Virus record (IMG/VR): IMGVR_UViG_3300025012_000029 | Coordinates: 128,001 to 192,000 of that record | DNA from: a virus | Lineage: Duplodnaviria > Caudoviricetes | DNA: 64,000 bases | Direction: 5' to 3' (one strand) | Shown: in pieces, positions 1-10,034 of the stretch | How positions within the stretch are numbered: position 1 is the first letter of the stretch | Layout of the letters: each line of letters starts with the position of its first letter | Notes under the pieces: generated by a model | Seen by the model: the letters and a program-made list of their open reading frames with translations, nothing else | The model's database searches: none | What the model was told of the DNA's origin: nothing | Program-made: the position numbers and the translations under genes

Positions 1-1
1 G

Positions 2-1366
2 ACATATATTTATTCTATGAAAAAATTCTTCAAAAACATCATCTAGGTCTTTAAGATTATCCAAAACGTTTTTTATGTTTGGAGTCGAAAATGAAACATC
101 TCCAACAAAATCTGTCCTCGTTGAAACAAAATTATTATCAGAAGAAGAATATTGATCGACAAATTTAAATGAATTCAAAACAGAATCTTCTTGCTGTTTT
201 TGCTCTTCTGTTTTGTATGGACGGCTGTTGGATGTCTCAATAAAATTTGCTAAATCTTTCGGTTTAACCGATTTACCTTGACTCGCTTTTTGTAAAGCAA
301 AATCAAATAAATCTTTATCAAAAGACATTCCAGCCTGTCCGCCATCATGTTGAAAATCTCTCAAGAAATCAGTTATTGGAAATTGTGGACGACCAAAACC
401 TTGAAGTTTACCCATTTCAGATAACAATCTAATTGTTCTATCATTAGAGACAGATTTAGATTTGATGAAAGAACTATAGCCAGCTTCCAATCTCATGAAT
501 TCTTCACCGTCATCAAAAAGAACATACAAAACTTTAAAGTTGTCATCTATTCCAATAATAATCAAATCTTCTCTATCATCACGAAGATTCAAACCATTGG
601 CAGCCAATAAATTTTCTAAAACAAAAATAAATTCTTCAAGTCGATCAGCTTCTTTATCCAAAACAATTCCATGTATTACATTGCCAGAAGCTTCTGCTTC
701 TTTTTGATAGTTACGAATTGTAATCGCAGTATTTTTAATCCTTTCTTTAGCTTCAGAAGAAATTAATTTAATTTCTTTGGTAGCGATTGGCAATGATTCA
801 TTTGAAGTAATATCCGGAGCAATCTTAATTGAGTCGAATAATGTAGCTGGAACAGTTGTGAGAACGCGAACTCCAAACAAAGGAATTGTTTCACCATTAA
901 CGCCACAATTAGGACTTGGACGAGGTGGAATAAAATAATCTGGAGTCTCCGTGGCTAATATGAGTTGTGAAATTATTTCATCAGAAATTTCTTTATTGTA
1001 AACTTCTAGTAAAGAATTAACTGCTATTTCTTTTGCCAAATCATAAACTGTTTGAGGTTGAGATCCTAAAGTTTCAAATCTAGTGTGAACCGTACAATAA
1101 TATTTGTCATCCTTTGGATTATAAAATGGGCTAAATTGATCAAGACTTGTCCAATCAGGAGTAATAATCATTGCAGAACTAAATTTAGAAGTTCTACGTA
1201 GAGATTTTCTATTTACTGCTGATGAAATCTTACAATGGTGCTTTTTACCATCATCTTTAAATATCGCATCAGTAATTGCTTTTTCAGCAACGTCACCCAA
1301 CTCTATTTTTGAAGCACTACGCAATCCAGCATTAATGTCTTTATTTATATCTTTAAAGTTTGCCAT
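2..1366 (-). CDS. Large hypothetical protein, 3'-truncated by window edge (probable virion protein)
   Basis: ATG at 1366 (MANFKDINKD...) next to the upstream stop; frame appeared open to position 2 on manual translation; absent from the ORF track because it lacks a stop. Confidence 0.75.
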   Translation of the reverse strand, partial: MANFKDINKDINAGLRSASKIELGDVAEKAITDAIFKDDGKKHHCKISSAVNRKSLRRTSKFSSAMIITPDWTSLDQFSPFYNPKDDKYYCTVHTRFETLGSQPQTVYDLAKEIAVNSLLEVYNKEISDEIISQLILATETPDYFIPPRPSPNCGVNGETIPLFGVRVLTTVPATLFDSIKIAPDITSNESLPIATKEIKLISSEAKERIKNTAITIRNYQKEAEASGNVIHGIVLDKEADRLEEFIFVLENLLAANGLNLRDDREDLIIIGIDDNFKVLYVLFDDGEEFMRLEAGYSSFIKSKSVSNDRTIRLLSEMGKLQGFGRPQFPITDFLRDFQHDGGQAGMSFDKDLFDFALQKASQGKSVKPKDLANFIETSNSRPYKTEEQKQQEDSVLNSFKFVDQYSSSDNNFVSTRTDFVGDVSFSTPNIKNVLDNLKDLDDVFEEFFHRINIC

Positions 1367-1367
1367 A

Positions 1368-2306
1368 TTAAGTTAAATTGTGATGCCTAGAATTAATATA
1401 TTTTTTTCCAGAAGGATATAAATATGTGTGCTTATAAAGAGCTAAATTTGCTTTATTCATTATCAGAGACATTTTTGTTTGGAACAAATGATCGATCATT
1501 GTTTTCATTCCTGCTGCCACAACAGGAGGTGAAGGACTTGTTGGAAGTCCAAAAAAGGGACTAAAATGAAAATGGTGCGTCAATGCTGTATTAAATGTCA
1601 TTTGATACATTAATAAGCTATCCACAATTCCATTCAACTTATCTACGTGCATCGTCAATGTCTTCAATGCTTCATTTATATTTCTTCCTTTAACCATTGG
1701 CTGAATATCAGAATCGTCATTTCCGGCAATCAAATCAATCCCCGAAGTTGAATCAACTGAGCCTCCTTGCGAATTATTGTCATCAGTTTTTGTAACAAGT
1801 TTTATTCCTTCTCTCGCCACAATTCTTATGCCATCAGCCTTTAATCCTATAGCTGATTTAGTAGAAGCAATGCCTACTCTGCCAGACACCAAACCAAAAT
1901 TTTTATCAATATCTGTTTTTTGACTTATGTATATTCTAGCGGCATCTTCTTTAAAAGAAGGATCAACCCAGACTCTTGCCTCTCCATCAAACTCTCTAGC
2001 TTTATATCCCATCCTACCAACGACAATATCAATTGAGCCAGCTTGCGTATCACCGCGTCCACCATATCCACTCAAACGACTGGCAGGTCTATCTCTCCCT
2101 AAAACAATGGAAGAATTGAATCCAGATTCAATATGTTTTTCTGTAGAAGTTTTAATTACTTGAGGTACTGATTCATATAATGGGTGTCCAGCAGCTCCTC
2201 GGGCAAACGCAACTTGTTCTTTGTTGACCTTCTTGAGTCCATCTTGAACAATCTGATTTCCACCTTCATCGGAAAAAGCTTTTTTATTAGTAGCCATATT
2301 ACGCAA
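1368..2306 (-). CDS. Putative baseplate hub/spike-associated protein
   Basis: 312 aa, Gly/beta-rich (IVLGRDRP, SIDIVVGR, GIRIVAREGIKLV); follows the tail-hydrolase-like gene; function inferred from context. Confidence 0.45.
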   Translation of the reverse strand: MRNMATNKKAFSDEGGNQIVQDGLKKVNKEQVAFARGAAGHPLYESVPQVIKTSTEKHIESGFNSSIVLGRDRPASRLSGYGGRGDTQAGSIDIVVGRMGYKAREFDGEARVWVDPSFKEDAARIYISQKTDIDKNFGLVSGRVGIASTKSAIGLKADGIRIVAREGIKLVTKTDDNNSQGGSVDSTSGIDLIAGNDDSDIQPMVKGRNINEALKTLTMHVDKLNGIVDSLLMYQMTFNTALTHHFHFSPFFGLPTSPSPPVVAAGMKTMIDHLFQTKMSLIMNKANLALYKHTYLYPSGKKYINSRHHNLT

Positions 2307-3528
2307 ATGACCTTAATTTTTCTGACAAAGGCAATTTTCCTTCAGCAACAATAATAGGGTGATTTATACCCAAAAACTCAAAATGCCAGAATTCTTTTTG
2401 TCCTTTAAAAAATCTCCCAGCATTATAAAAACCAAATTTATGAGCATTTGTTGCCATCCATCCATAAGCTTTAGAGTGAGGGTTGCCAACAGCAAAATCA
2501 AAAGCAATACCAGTTTGATGGTTTGAATGTCCTGGCCTAGCAGCAAGATTAAATCCAGGCTTACCTTTCTTAAATCCATCATATAGATATTGTTGTTGAG
2601 TTTGTGTTCTAAATCCACTATTCAATTGTATTGAAATACCATCTCTCTTGGCAGCATTAATCAGGTCATAAAAAGGCTTTTCCTGACTTTTGGTAATATA
2701 AACTCCTGCTTTGGTAGCAATTGGAACAGGAATTTCTATCAAATCAACATTATCTCCTGGAGATCCTGATTTAAATGCTATTTCTGGAGGGTTAATCGGG
2801 GGCAATCCCGTTGGTACGTCAACGTGATCTTTTTGTGGTGTAAAGCTTCCTACAGTCATTGGCGGTTGAGTTGATCTAGTTGTTTGAAAAGGCAATGGTT
2901 TTGGTATTTGATTTAACTCATTTCCAAGTCCAGTTATTGGGTTATCTCCAGATGGAGGCAAAACTGAAAATGGTGATTTTCCTTCGCTCGCAAATTTATC
3001 TCTTCCAGTTTCTCTTCCTACGGCACCACCTTGAGCCATCTTATAAGCAATCCCATAATATACTGGATCAGACATATTGTTTCTATTTCCAAAATCAACC
3101 CAAACAATATCTCCTGGTGCCGGAACTTCATTACTTATTTCATCATTGGCAGCTATAAATGTTGGATACATATCGATAATAAAATTTTCACTGCCTTGAA
3201 CTGGTCCATATTTTGTAGGTTCAAGTAAAGCAGCGTGAAGTTCTGGTATACGAACTTTAACGCCAATTTTAGATTTGGCAAGAGGATTTAGTTTATAAAT
3301 CCACGAAGTAATTGGATTATTGGTTGGATTAGAGTCGACTCTCAAAACAACTCCTTTGAGTCGTCCTGTATTGGCAAAAGCATTCTTTTTATAAGAATCT
3401 GAAAGATTTTGGCGAAGCGCTGCAAATCCGGACGTATTTTTAGGATCAAGAGTCTTTCCAAACTCCTGCTCTTCAATATTGTTTAAACTACCATATCCTA
3501 AATCAAATCTTCCATCATTAGCAGCCAT
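2299..3528 (-). CDS. Baseplate-like N-terminal domain fused to M15B (VanY-like) peptidase; probable virion peptidoglycan hydrolase
   Basis: C-terminal SGFRT..Q..LY, ARPGHSNHQTGIAFD and EFWHFEF match M15B Zn motifs; Pro-rich linker. Confidence 0.8.
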   Translation of the reverse strand: MAANDGRFDLGYGSLNNIEEQEFGKTLDPKNTSGFAALRQNLSDSYKKNAFANTGRLKGVVLRVDSNPTNNPITSWIYKLNPLAKSKIGVKVRIPELHAALLEPTKYGPVQGSENFIIDMYPTFIAANDEISNEVPAPGDIVWVDFGNRNNMSDPVYYGIAYKMAQGGAVGRETGRDKFASEGKSPFSVLPPSGDNPITGLGNELNQIPKPLPFQTTRSTQPPMTVGSFTPQKDHVDVPTGLPPINPPEIAFKSGSPGDNVDLIEIPVPIATKAGVYITKSQEKPFYDLINAAKRDGISIQLNSGFRTQTQQQYLYDGFKKGKPGFNLAARPGHSNHQTGIAFDFAVGNPHSKAYGWMATNAHKFGFYNAGRFFKGQKEFWHFEFLGINHPIIVAEGKLPLSEKLRSFA

Positions 3529-3839
3529 TATCTAGCCTTCTTTTTAGCTTCTCTAATTGGATTATTCAATGCTTCAAATATTTTATCTCTATCGTTATCT
3601 GATAAATCAAGTTCTTCACCGCCCGTCTTCTTAATTAAGCTTGTTAATTTAACTAATTGTTCATTAGATCTTTGAAGAGTTTCAACATATTTGGCCAAAG
3701 TAAATCCAACTTCTTTATGTCTGTCACCATTATTTGCTATATAAGCAATCAAATCATTTAAAAGTTCGCTTGTTTTTTCCCTATCTTTGCGGATATTATC
3801 TATAGACTCATCCATTAAAGTATCAAAATCTTTTCTCAT
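3528..3839 (-). CDS. Hypothetical helical protein
   Basis: 103 aa ORF, translationally coupled. Confidence 0.7.
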   Translation of the reverse strand: MRKDFDTLMDESIDNIRKDREKTSELLNDLIAYIANNGDRHKEVGFTLAKYVETLQRSNEQLVKLTSLIKKTGGEELDLSDNDRDKIFEALNNPIREAKKKAR

Positions 3840-3914
3840 TTTAATTGCTCTTTAACTAAATACTCCAATTTCATTTTTTCTTACTATTTTGAGAACTCAA
3901 AATCCTGTCAGCTA

Positions 3915-4607
3915 TTATTCATCTTCGTTGTTCCATCTTCTAACAAAATCTTTGTAAAGAACGCGAAACTTATTAAGACTGTTGAGAATTTGCTTAGTGT
4001 TGAGATTTGTGATCTCTCGCACAAAAAGATACACAGCTTTTTTATTGAATATGTCAATTGATTCTGAATTTGCTAATAAAATTCTAATTGACTTGAGAAC
4101 TTTTTCTTCATTTGGTTTAAGCTCTATTTTTTCCCATTGATCTAATTCATTCCACAGAGCTTTTATGAATTCTTCTCTAACTTTATTATTAACATAATCG
4201 TTGTTGACGGAAAGATACTCTGTTTCGACGGATTTAGATATTTCCTCGTATTGAGTTTCTTTTTTTGTTTGTGCAGAAAACTTCTTAGCTGCATGTGAAA
4301 ACCAATTCTTTGTAATAACACTAAAATATGAAAATGCTTTAGAGCCCTTTTCTTTGTCAAATTTGCTTAAAACAGCAACAAGATGGCTTTCACATTCCTT
4401 AATTAACCCATCAATGTTAGGAAGAGAAGTAAATTTATATCGATAAACAATCTTTTTAATCATCTCCTCTAAAGCTGGTTGAATTATATGTTGATATAAT
4501 TCATTCCGATACTTGGAATTCTGTGAGCTGACATAATCAATAATTGCCTTCTCGTGAACCTTTGTAAAATATATTTTAGATTTAATCTTCGTTTTCTTTT
4601 TCGGCAT
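3915..4607 (-). CDS. Phage sigma factor, gp55-like (late transcription)
   Basis: KFDKEKGSKAFSYFSVITKNWF resembles sigma region 2 of T4-type gp55; start taken at second Met (MPKKK). Confidence 0.65.
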   Translation of the reverse strand: MPKKKTKIKSKIYFTKVHEKAIIDYVSSQNSKYRNELYQHIIQPALEEMIKKIVYRYKFTSLPNIDGLIKECESHLVAVLSKFDKEKGSKAFSYFSVITKNWFSHAAKKFSAQTKKETQYEEISKSVETEYLSVNNDYVNNKVREEFIKALWNELDQWEKIELKPNEEKVLKSIRILLANSESIDIFNKKAVYLFVREITNLNTKQILNSLNKFRVLYKDFVRRWNNEDE

Positions 4608-4929
4608 CAGGTTTTTCTTCTGAAAAAACAATATCTTCTAATTCTGTTTGTGTAAATGAATGAATCTCATTAAAAATGTTGAGATAATTCATCATAAATT
4701 TTGTATGCTCTATAACCTCTCGTAAGTTTTTATCTCCATAAAATAGTTGTAATTCATATATATCTTTCAAATGTGTCTTATAGGCATCAAGTCTGGAGAA
4801 TATTTCTGAAGCGGTTTCTGAGGCTATGAGTAATTGTTTTACAATTTTAGAAGCATATAAGATTAAAATAACATTGAGTCCTATTGAAAGAACTAAAAAA
4901 ATTGATAGTATTATCATTATGGATTCCAA
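4582..4929 (-). CDS. Hypothetical protein with N-terminal TM helix
   Basis: Hydrophobic N-terminus (IMIILSIFLVLSIGLNVILILY). Confidence 0.7.
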   Translation of the reverse strand: MESIMIILSIFLVLSIGLNVILILYASKIVKQLLIASETASEIFSRLDAYKTHLKDIYELQLFYGDKNLREVIEHTKFMMNYLNIFNEIHSFTQTELEDIVFSEEKPDAEKENED

Positions 4930-5180
4930 GTTCTCTTTTTAAGAGATTCTTTTTGCTCACTCATATCCTGTTTTGTTTCTTCACAAGCGCGTCCATAAGC
5001 TTCAAGATGCTCAAAGGTGCCCCACGTTTCTTTAGTCTTTACATTTACTTTACTAGGGACTTTCTTGAGAGTATTATTTCCGCAATCGCGACACTCAACA
5101 ATAGCATCGTCCATAGAATGAACCACTTCATATTCGCTCTCACATTCTGTGTTTGAACACTTGTAAGTATATGTTGGCAT
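4917..5180 (-). CDS. FmdB-family zinc-ribbon protein
   Basis: MPTYTYKC..C...C..CG pattern. Confidence 0.8.
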   Translation of the reverse strand: MPTYTYKCSNTECESEYEVVHSMDDAIVECRDCGNNTLKKVPSKVNVKTKETWGTFEHLEAYGRACEETKQDMSEQKESLKKRTWNP

Positions 5181-5182
5181 TA

Positions 5183-5401
5183 TTATTCTGTCTCTACTTC
5201 AAGCATTGGAGGATTCAAAACTAAAAGTTTTCCATCCAAAGATTGTTCCATCTCTAATCCCAAAAGTAATTTTGTAATATCGCATTCTTCAGCAGGACGA
5301 TCAGAAGCAACGGACATAAGTCCTCTTTGAACACACATCATAATTGAACCAACCGCTTGTGGTGTAAATTGTAATTTTTTATTTTCCCATTTTTTCGTCA
5401 T
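5183..5401 (-). CDS. Hypothetical protein
   Basis: 72 aa ORF in operon. Confidence 0.6.
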   Translation of the reverse strand: MTKKWENKKLQFTPQAVGSIMMCVQRGLMSVASDRPAEECDITKLLLGLEMEQSLDGKLLVLNPPMLEVETE

Positions 5402-5726
5402 TTAAATCTCCAAAATATTCCTTATCGTTCATAGCTTTATCATCAATCCAATGATCATAAAATGGCTTCCCGAGCTTCACTTCATGATACTTCGCTCCCC
5501 AGCTATCAAGTTGCTTCTTTGTGAAGTCAAAAAATCCTCGATATGCTTTTTCAACAACTTCACAATATCTACTCATACCTCGCGCGGTCCAATAAATTAT
5601 TATATGTCCTTCATCATAGAGTTTATTTATTTTTTCTATTCTGTTTTTGTAAGGAACAGCATTTTCGTAATCACCTTCTGTCCTAGAACAGATTGTTCCA
5701 TCAATGTCTACTATGTAAATTGCCAT
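5379..5726 (-). CDS. HAD-superfamily phosphatase (capsule-biosynthesis type)
   Basis: VDIDGTIC, WTARG, GKP..D..IDDK motifs. Confidence 0.85.
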   Translation of the reverse strand: MAIYIVDIDGTICSRTEGDYENAVPYKNRIEKINKLYDEGHIIIYWTARGMSRYCEVVEKAYRGFFDFTKKQLDSWGAKYHEVKLGKPFYDHWIDDKAMNDKEYFGDLNDEKMGK

Positions 5727-6135
5727 GCTCTAAAATCCTTGTTGTAGAATATCCAGGAATTCTATCAAAGTAAACAATTTCTTTACAATACTCTTCTCCA
5801 ACAATCTTCTTTCCTTCCCAATCAGACCCAACTATTCTAACATCTGGTTGAATAATTTTTAACATCTGAATTAATTCTTCTTCCGAATTAAAGCTTTTAA
5901 TCTGATCTATAAATTTTATTAATGACAAAGCATACATTCTGTCTTCAAGAGTGTTGAATGGTCGATTTATTCCTTTGTCTTTTTTAACTTTTTCATCCGT
6001 GTCAAGAGCTATGATGATTTTTGTCTTAGGATTACACAAAGAAGCAAATTCAATTAATTCAAAATGTCCGCGATGTAAAATATCAAAACAACCTGAAATA
6101 AACACAACAACTTCTTTACAATTTATATTAATCAT
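5701..6135 (-). CDS. Cytidylyl/adenylyltransferase (RfaE domain II/HldC/TagD-like)
   Basis: SGCFDILHRGH (HIGH), KGINRP, GYSTT motifs. Confidence 0.85.
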   Translation of the reverse strand: MININCKEVVVFISGCFDILHRGHFELIEFASLCNPKTKIIIALDTDEKVKKDKGINRPFNTLEDRMYALSLIKFIDQIKSFNSEEELIQMLKIIQPDVRIVGSDWEGKKIVGEEYCKEIVYFDRIPGYSTTRILEHGNLHSRH

Positions 6136-6883
6136 CTAATTCTTCTTTATTTACAACTGATACGCCCCGATGTTGAGCAGCGTATGTTGCGCAATTATTG
6201 GCAAATTTTATTGCTTCCTCAATATTTTTTGTTTCAAGATATTTTACAACCAAACCACTTAAGAAGCTATCGCCGCAGCCAGCAACGTCTCTGGTTGTAA
6301 TTTTTGGAACTGGAAAAGTCATTCCTTTAAACATTGCTCCATCTGGACCAAGAGTTATAATAGTCTTGTTTATAATATCTTTGCTAAGATTACCTTTCGC
6401 GCGCTTAAACTCGTTCTCATTTACTTTTATAAAAGATAAATTTCTAACCCAAGCGCTCAAAGGTTTTTTTGTATCAATAAAAGTTAGTTTGTGAGAAGCA
6501 GCAATATATTTTATCTCCGATTCTGTTAAAAATCCCTTATTATAATCTGAAATAACAATCGCTTCATATTTAGAAAAATCTATTGAACGTAAATCAGAAC
6601 GACCATAGCTTTTATCATTTTCATCTATTCGAACAAACATATGATTGCTCTTATGTTCGACATAACGAGTTTTTGTAATTTCACGCCAATTTGTATTAGT
6701 ATACAGGTGAGCATCGGCGCCCAAAGCAAGCAGATTGTTTAGAACGTTTGAAGCCATGCCAGAATTTTCATTACGAGAAACTGGAACCAATATTGGTACT
6801 GGGCTTTCTGGACTTAAACGTGTACAGTCGCACCCAATAAAAACATCTAAATTTGATTCACCTATAACTAATATTTTAGACAT
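6128..6883 (-). CDS. PfkB-family sugar kinase, HldA/RfaE domain I-like
   Basis: RLSPESPVP, SDYNKG, DVAGCGDSF motifs; start at MSKILVIGE. Confidence 0.85.
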   Translation of the reverse strand: MSKILVIGESNLDVFIGCDCTRLSPESPVPILVPVSRNENSGMASNVLNNLLALGADAHLYTNTNWREITKTRYVEHKSNHMFVRIDENDKSYGRSDLRSIDFSKYEAIVISDYNKGFLTESEIKYIAASHKLTFIDTKKPLSAWVRNLSFIKVNENEFKRAKGNLSKDIINKTIITLGPDGAMFKGMTFPVPKITTRDVAGCGDSFLSGLVVKYLETKNIEEAIKFANNCATYAAQHRGVSVVNKEELDD

Positions 6884-6884
6884 A

Positions 6885-8087
6885 TTAAATAATACAATAA
6901 TGTGAAGTTTTGACAATGTTACAAATAAATTCTATGTCGTCCTTGGACAAAGAAATATAATTTGGCAAAAATAATCCACAAGAATGAATCCGATCTGATA
7001 TTGGATGAGAATATTCCCCATACAAATTTTTCCAAAAAACAGATTTCCCCATATTTCCGGCCGAATATATTCTTGTTTCAATTCCATGGAGTTTTAAATT
7101 TCTTACAATAATTTTTCTGTGTTCTTCCGAACTAGCAAGAACAGCAAATGATATAGAAGCGACATTATTTTGTTCCACTTCTTGAACTTGAAACATAGAA
7201 CTTCCTTCAAATTGTTTTTTATAAAAAATATGATTTTCGTGTCTTTTCTTTCCTATGCTGTCCAATTTCGAAATTTGTCTTAAACCAACAAATGCCATTA
7301 AATCGGTAGGACGAAGATTCATGCCTGGAACAATGAAAGAAAACTGTTCATAAATCTTCGAAATATTATATTTTTCCACCATTTCTTTTTTTGAATCATC
7401 ATCTAAATCTCTTATAAATCCATGAGAACGTAACATCAATAGGTGATTATAAATTTCTTTATCATCAGTAAAAACAACTCCACCCTCCGGAGGAACTGTC
7501 GAAACTTGATGCCCAAAAAATAAACTCCATGTAGATATATCACCTACTGCACCTGATTTTGTGCCATCGACATAATGTGATGTTACTGCCGCACACCCAT
7601 CCTCAATCAAATAAAAACCATATTTATTTTTAAGTTGAAGTAATCGATTTTTATCACATAAAACCCCGAGCGGCTGAACAAACAATACTACCGCAGGATT
7701 TTCTCTTTCACATATAATTTCTAATTCATCCAAATCCATCCCAAAGTTATTTTTATCCGCTCCAACCATTATGGGTTTATCAAATCCAAAATTTATAAAT
7801 GGAGCAATTGAAGTTGCCCACGCAACAGATGGAACGACACATTTATTGTTTTTTAATTTTCCAATTATTTTCAAAGCGTATATTGCTAATAAATTTGCAG
7901 ATGAACCACTATTACAAAGAACAGCATATTTTCTTCCAACCCATTCAGCAATCTTCTTTTCAAATTCCTTTGTCAACTCACCCATTGTAAGTTTTGGTGT
8001 TGGATTTTGTAGCATCCATTCACACAATGCCTCAATATCTGATCGATCAAACGTATCTTTAGCAAGTGGAAATTTAATATCTATCAT
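6885..8087 (-). CDS. PLP/PMP-dependent 3-dehydratase, ColD/RfbH-like (DegT family)
   Basis: NSGSSANLL, EDGC; SLFFGHQVST..EGG has His where aminotransferases have the Schiff-base Lys. Confidence 0.8.
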   Translation of the reverse strand: MIDIKFPLAKDTFDRSDIEALCEWMLQNPTPKLTMGELTKEFEKKIAEWVGRKYAVLCNSGSSANLLAIYALKIIGKLKNNKCVVPSVAWATSIAPFINFGFDKPIMVGADKNNFGMDLDELEIICERENPAVVLFVQPLGVLCDKNRLLQLKNKYGFYLIEDGCAAVTSHYVDGTKSGAVGDISTWSLFFGHQVSTVPPEGGVVFTDDKEIYNHLLMLRSHGFIRDLDDDSKKEMVEKYNISKIYEQFSFIVPGMNLRPTDLMAFVGLRQISKLDSIGKKRHENHIFYKKQFEGSSMFQVQEVEQNNVASISFAVLASSEEHRKIIVRNLKLHGIETRIYSAGNMGKSVFWKNLYGEYSHPISDRIHSCGLFLPNYISLSKDDIEFICNIVKTSHYCII

Positions 8088-8088
8088 T

Positions 8089-9069
8089 CTATTTCCTTTC
8101 GTTTTTCACCAATTCTTCATCAGCATCGTACATTATTTTAACAAGCTGTTTAAATTTCGTTTTCGATTCGAATTTGAGAACTGCTTTGGCTTTCGAACAA
8201 TCACCTAGTAACATTGGAACTTCTTGCGCTCTATAATAGATTGGATCTATACGAACACATTTTTCATAATTACCCAAACCGGCATATTCAAATGTTTCTT
8301 TTAAAAATTCTTCAACAGAATGCATTTCTTCTGAACACAGTACGTAATCGCCTGGATGTTTTTGTTGAAGAATTTTCCATATTCCTTCACAAATTTCAGG
8401 AGCATAACTCCAATCTCTAAATGATTTTAGATTACCTAAAACTAATTCTTTTTGTATTCCAGCTTTTATTCTTGCCGCACCTAATGTTATTTTTCTAGTA
8501 ACGAAGTTTTCTCCGCGTCGACTAGACTCGGTGTTAAAAACTATTCCACAACTCGTGTGCAGATTATAAGCATTACGATAATTTACAACTAGATTGTGCG
8601 CTGCTACTTTTGAGCAAGCATACGGACTAGCAGGCATAAATCTAGACAATTCATTAAATGGAACATCAGGATTAAATCCAAACTGCTCACTAGAAGAAGC
8701 TTGATATAACTTTGTTTCTGGACTCAACCTATGAATACATTCAAGTATCCTAAGAGTCCCTATAGCAACTGTATTAAATGCTTCTTCGGGCATGTCAAAA
8801 GAAACTCTAACATGGCTCATACATCCCAAATTATAGAATTCATCTATTTTATATTTTGTAAAAATATTTACAATTGAAATTGGATCGTTAAAATCAAAAT
8901 ACTCCAATTTCAAATTTGGACTTAATAGAATATGATTTATTCTGGTTGTAGAATTGATTGTAGAAGTTCTTCTTTTTAATCCAACAACATAATATCCCTT
9001 ATCTAATAAGAGTTCTGCTAGATAACTTCCAATCTGCCCAGTAATACCGCTAATTGCAGCAATTTTCAT
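8089..9069 (-). CDS. gmd: GDP-mannose 4,6-dehydratase
   Basis: GITGQIGSYL, YQASSSEQFG, SPYACSK, RRGENFVTRKIT, GNLKSFRDW. Confidence 0.95.
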   Translation of the reverse strand: MKIAAISGITGQIGSYLAELLLDKGYYVVGLKRRTSTINSTTRINHILLSPNLKLEYFDFNDPISIVNIFTKYKIDEFYNLGCMSHVRVSFDMPEEAFNTVAIGTLRILECIHRLSPETKLYQASSSEQFGFNPDVPFNELSRFMPASPYACSKVAAHNLVVNYRNAYNLHTSCGIVFNTESSRRGENFVTRKITLGAARIKAGIQKELVLGNLKSFRDWSYAPEICEGIWKILQQKHPGDYVLCSEEMHSVEEFLKETFEYAGLGNYEKCVRIDPIYYRAQEVPMLLGDCSKAKAVLKFESKTKFKQLVKIMYDADEELVKNERK

Positions 9070-10034
9070 TTCACACCCCTACAGTTTGGATAATTCGTCG
9101 TAAACCATTTCACACTTTCTTTCAATGCTACATCAATGCCTGTGTATTTAAAATTGGGAAACAGTTTATCAAAATATTGCGACTCTGTTTTTCTGCGCAT
9201 TTGTCCATTTGGTTTATCTTTGTTCCAAACAATATCGGGATAACTCGTACCTAGTTGTGAATAAACACTCAAAAAAGACAAATCAATCTTTTCGACAATT
9301 TCTTTAATAGAAAATTCTTGACCAGGAACAATCAATCTTTGAGGCATTAGTTCATTCTTTTTCAACAACTCAACACAAACTTTTGCTAAATCTTGAGCAT
9401 AAATAAATTCTCTTTTTGGACTGCCATCGCCCCAACATTCAATATTGGTTTCTGTCGCAAGAGCATTATAAAACTTATGGATGAGAGAAGGAACAACATG
9501 TCCGTCTTCTAAATCATAATTGTCTTTAATCCCAAAAATGTTAGTAGGAATAATTGAGCAATAGTTTACATCGTATTGATCTCGATATGCTCCAATCTGC
9601 ACATCAACCATGCGCTTTGCCATAGCATAGCTCCAGTGAGCAGGAAATGGAGGACCATCGTGCATATTGTTTTCTCTTAAAACTTCTGTATTAGAAGGAA
9701 AAACACATACAGACGAAAAGGCAATTAATTTTTCAATTTTATGTAAGTGTGCTTGTTTGATGATGTTTGTATTCATCAAAATATTATCATTAAATTGCTG
9801 TACTGGGCTATTTAGATTCCTTCCGATCCCTCCAACTCTAGCAGCGCAATGAATTATGTATTCAGGCTTATACAGTCTAAAAAGTCTTTCTACTTCTGAC
9901 TCCTTTGTCAAATCGGCATTCTTGCGTCCAACAAATATGAAATCTAATTCAGGATGGTCAAAGGAAATAGTTTTAATGGCATTACCTACAAGACCGTCCC
10001 CCCCCGTAACAAGCGCGCGACATGGTTTATCCAT
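9066..10034 (-). CDS. GDP-L-fucose synthase/ColC-like epimerase-reductase
   Basis: GGDGLVG, AARVGGIG, SSVC, YAMAKR, PTNIFG, HVVPSLI, WGDGSPKREF. Confidence 0.9.
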   Translation of the reverse strand: MDKPCRALVTGGDGLVGNAIKTISFDHPELDFIFVGRKNADLTKESEVERLFRLYKPEYIIHCAARVGGIGRNLNSPVQQFNDNILMNTNIIKQAHLHKIEKLIAFSSVCVFPSNTEVLRENNMHDGPPFPAHWSYAMAKRMVDVQIGAYRDQYDVNYCSIIPTNIFGIKDNYDLEDGHVVPSLIHKFYNALATETNIECWGDGSPKREFIYAQDLAKVCVELLKKNELMPQRLIVPGQEFSIKEIVEKIDLSFLSVYSQLGTSYPDIVWNKDKPNGQMRRKTESQYFDKLFPNFKYTGIDVALKESVKWFTTNYPNCRGVK

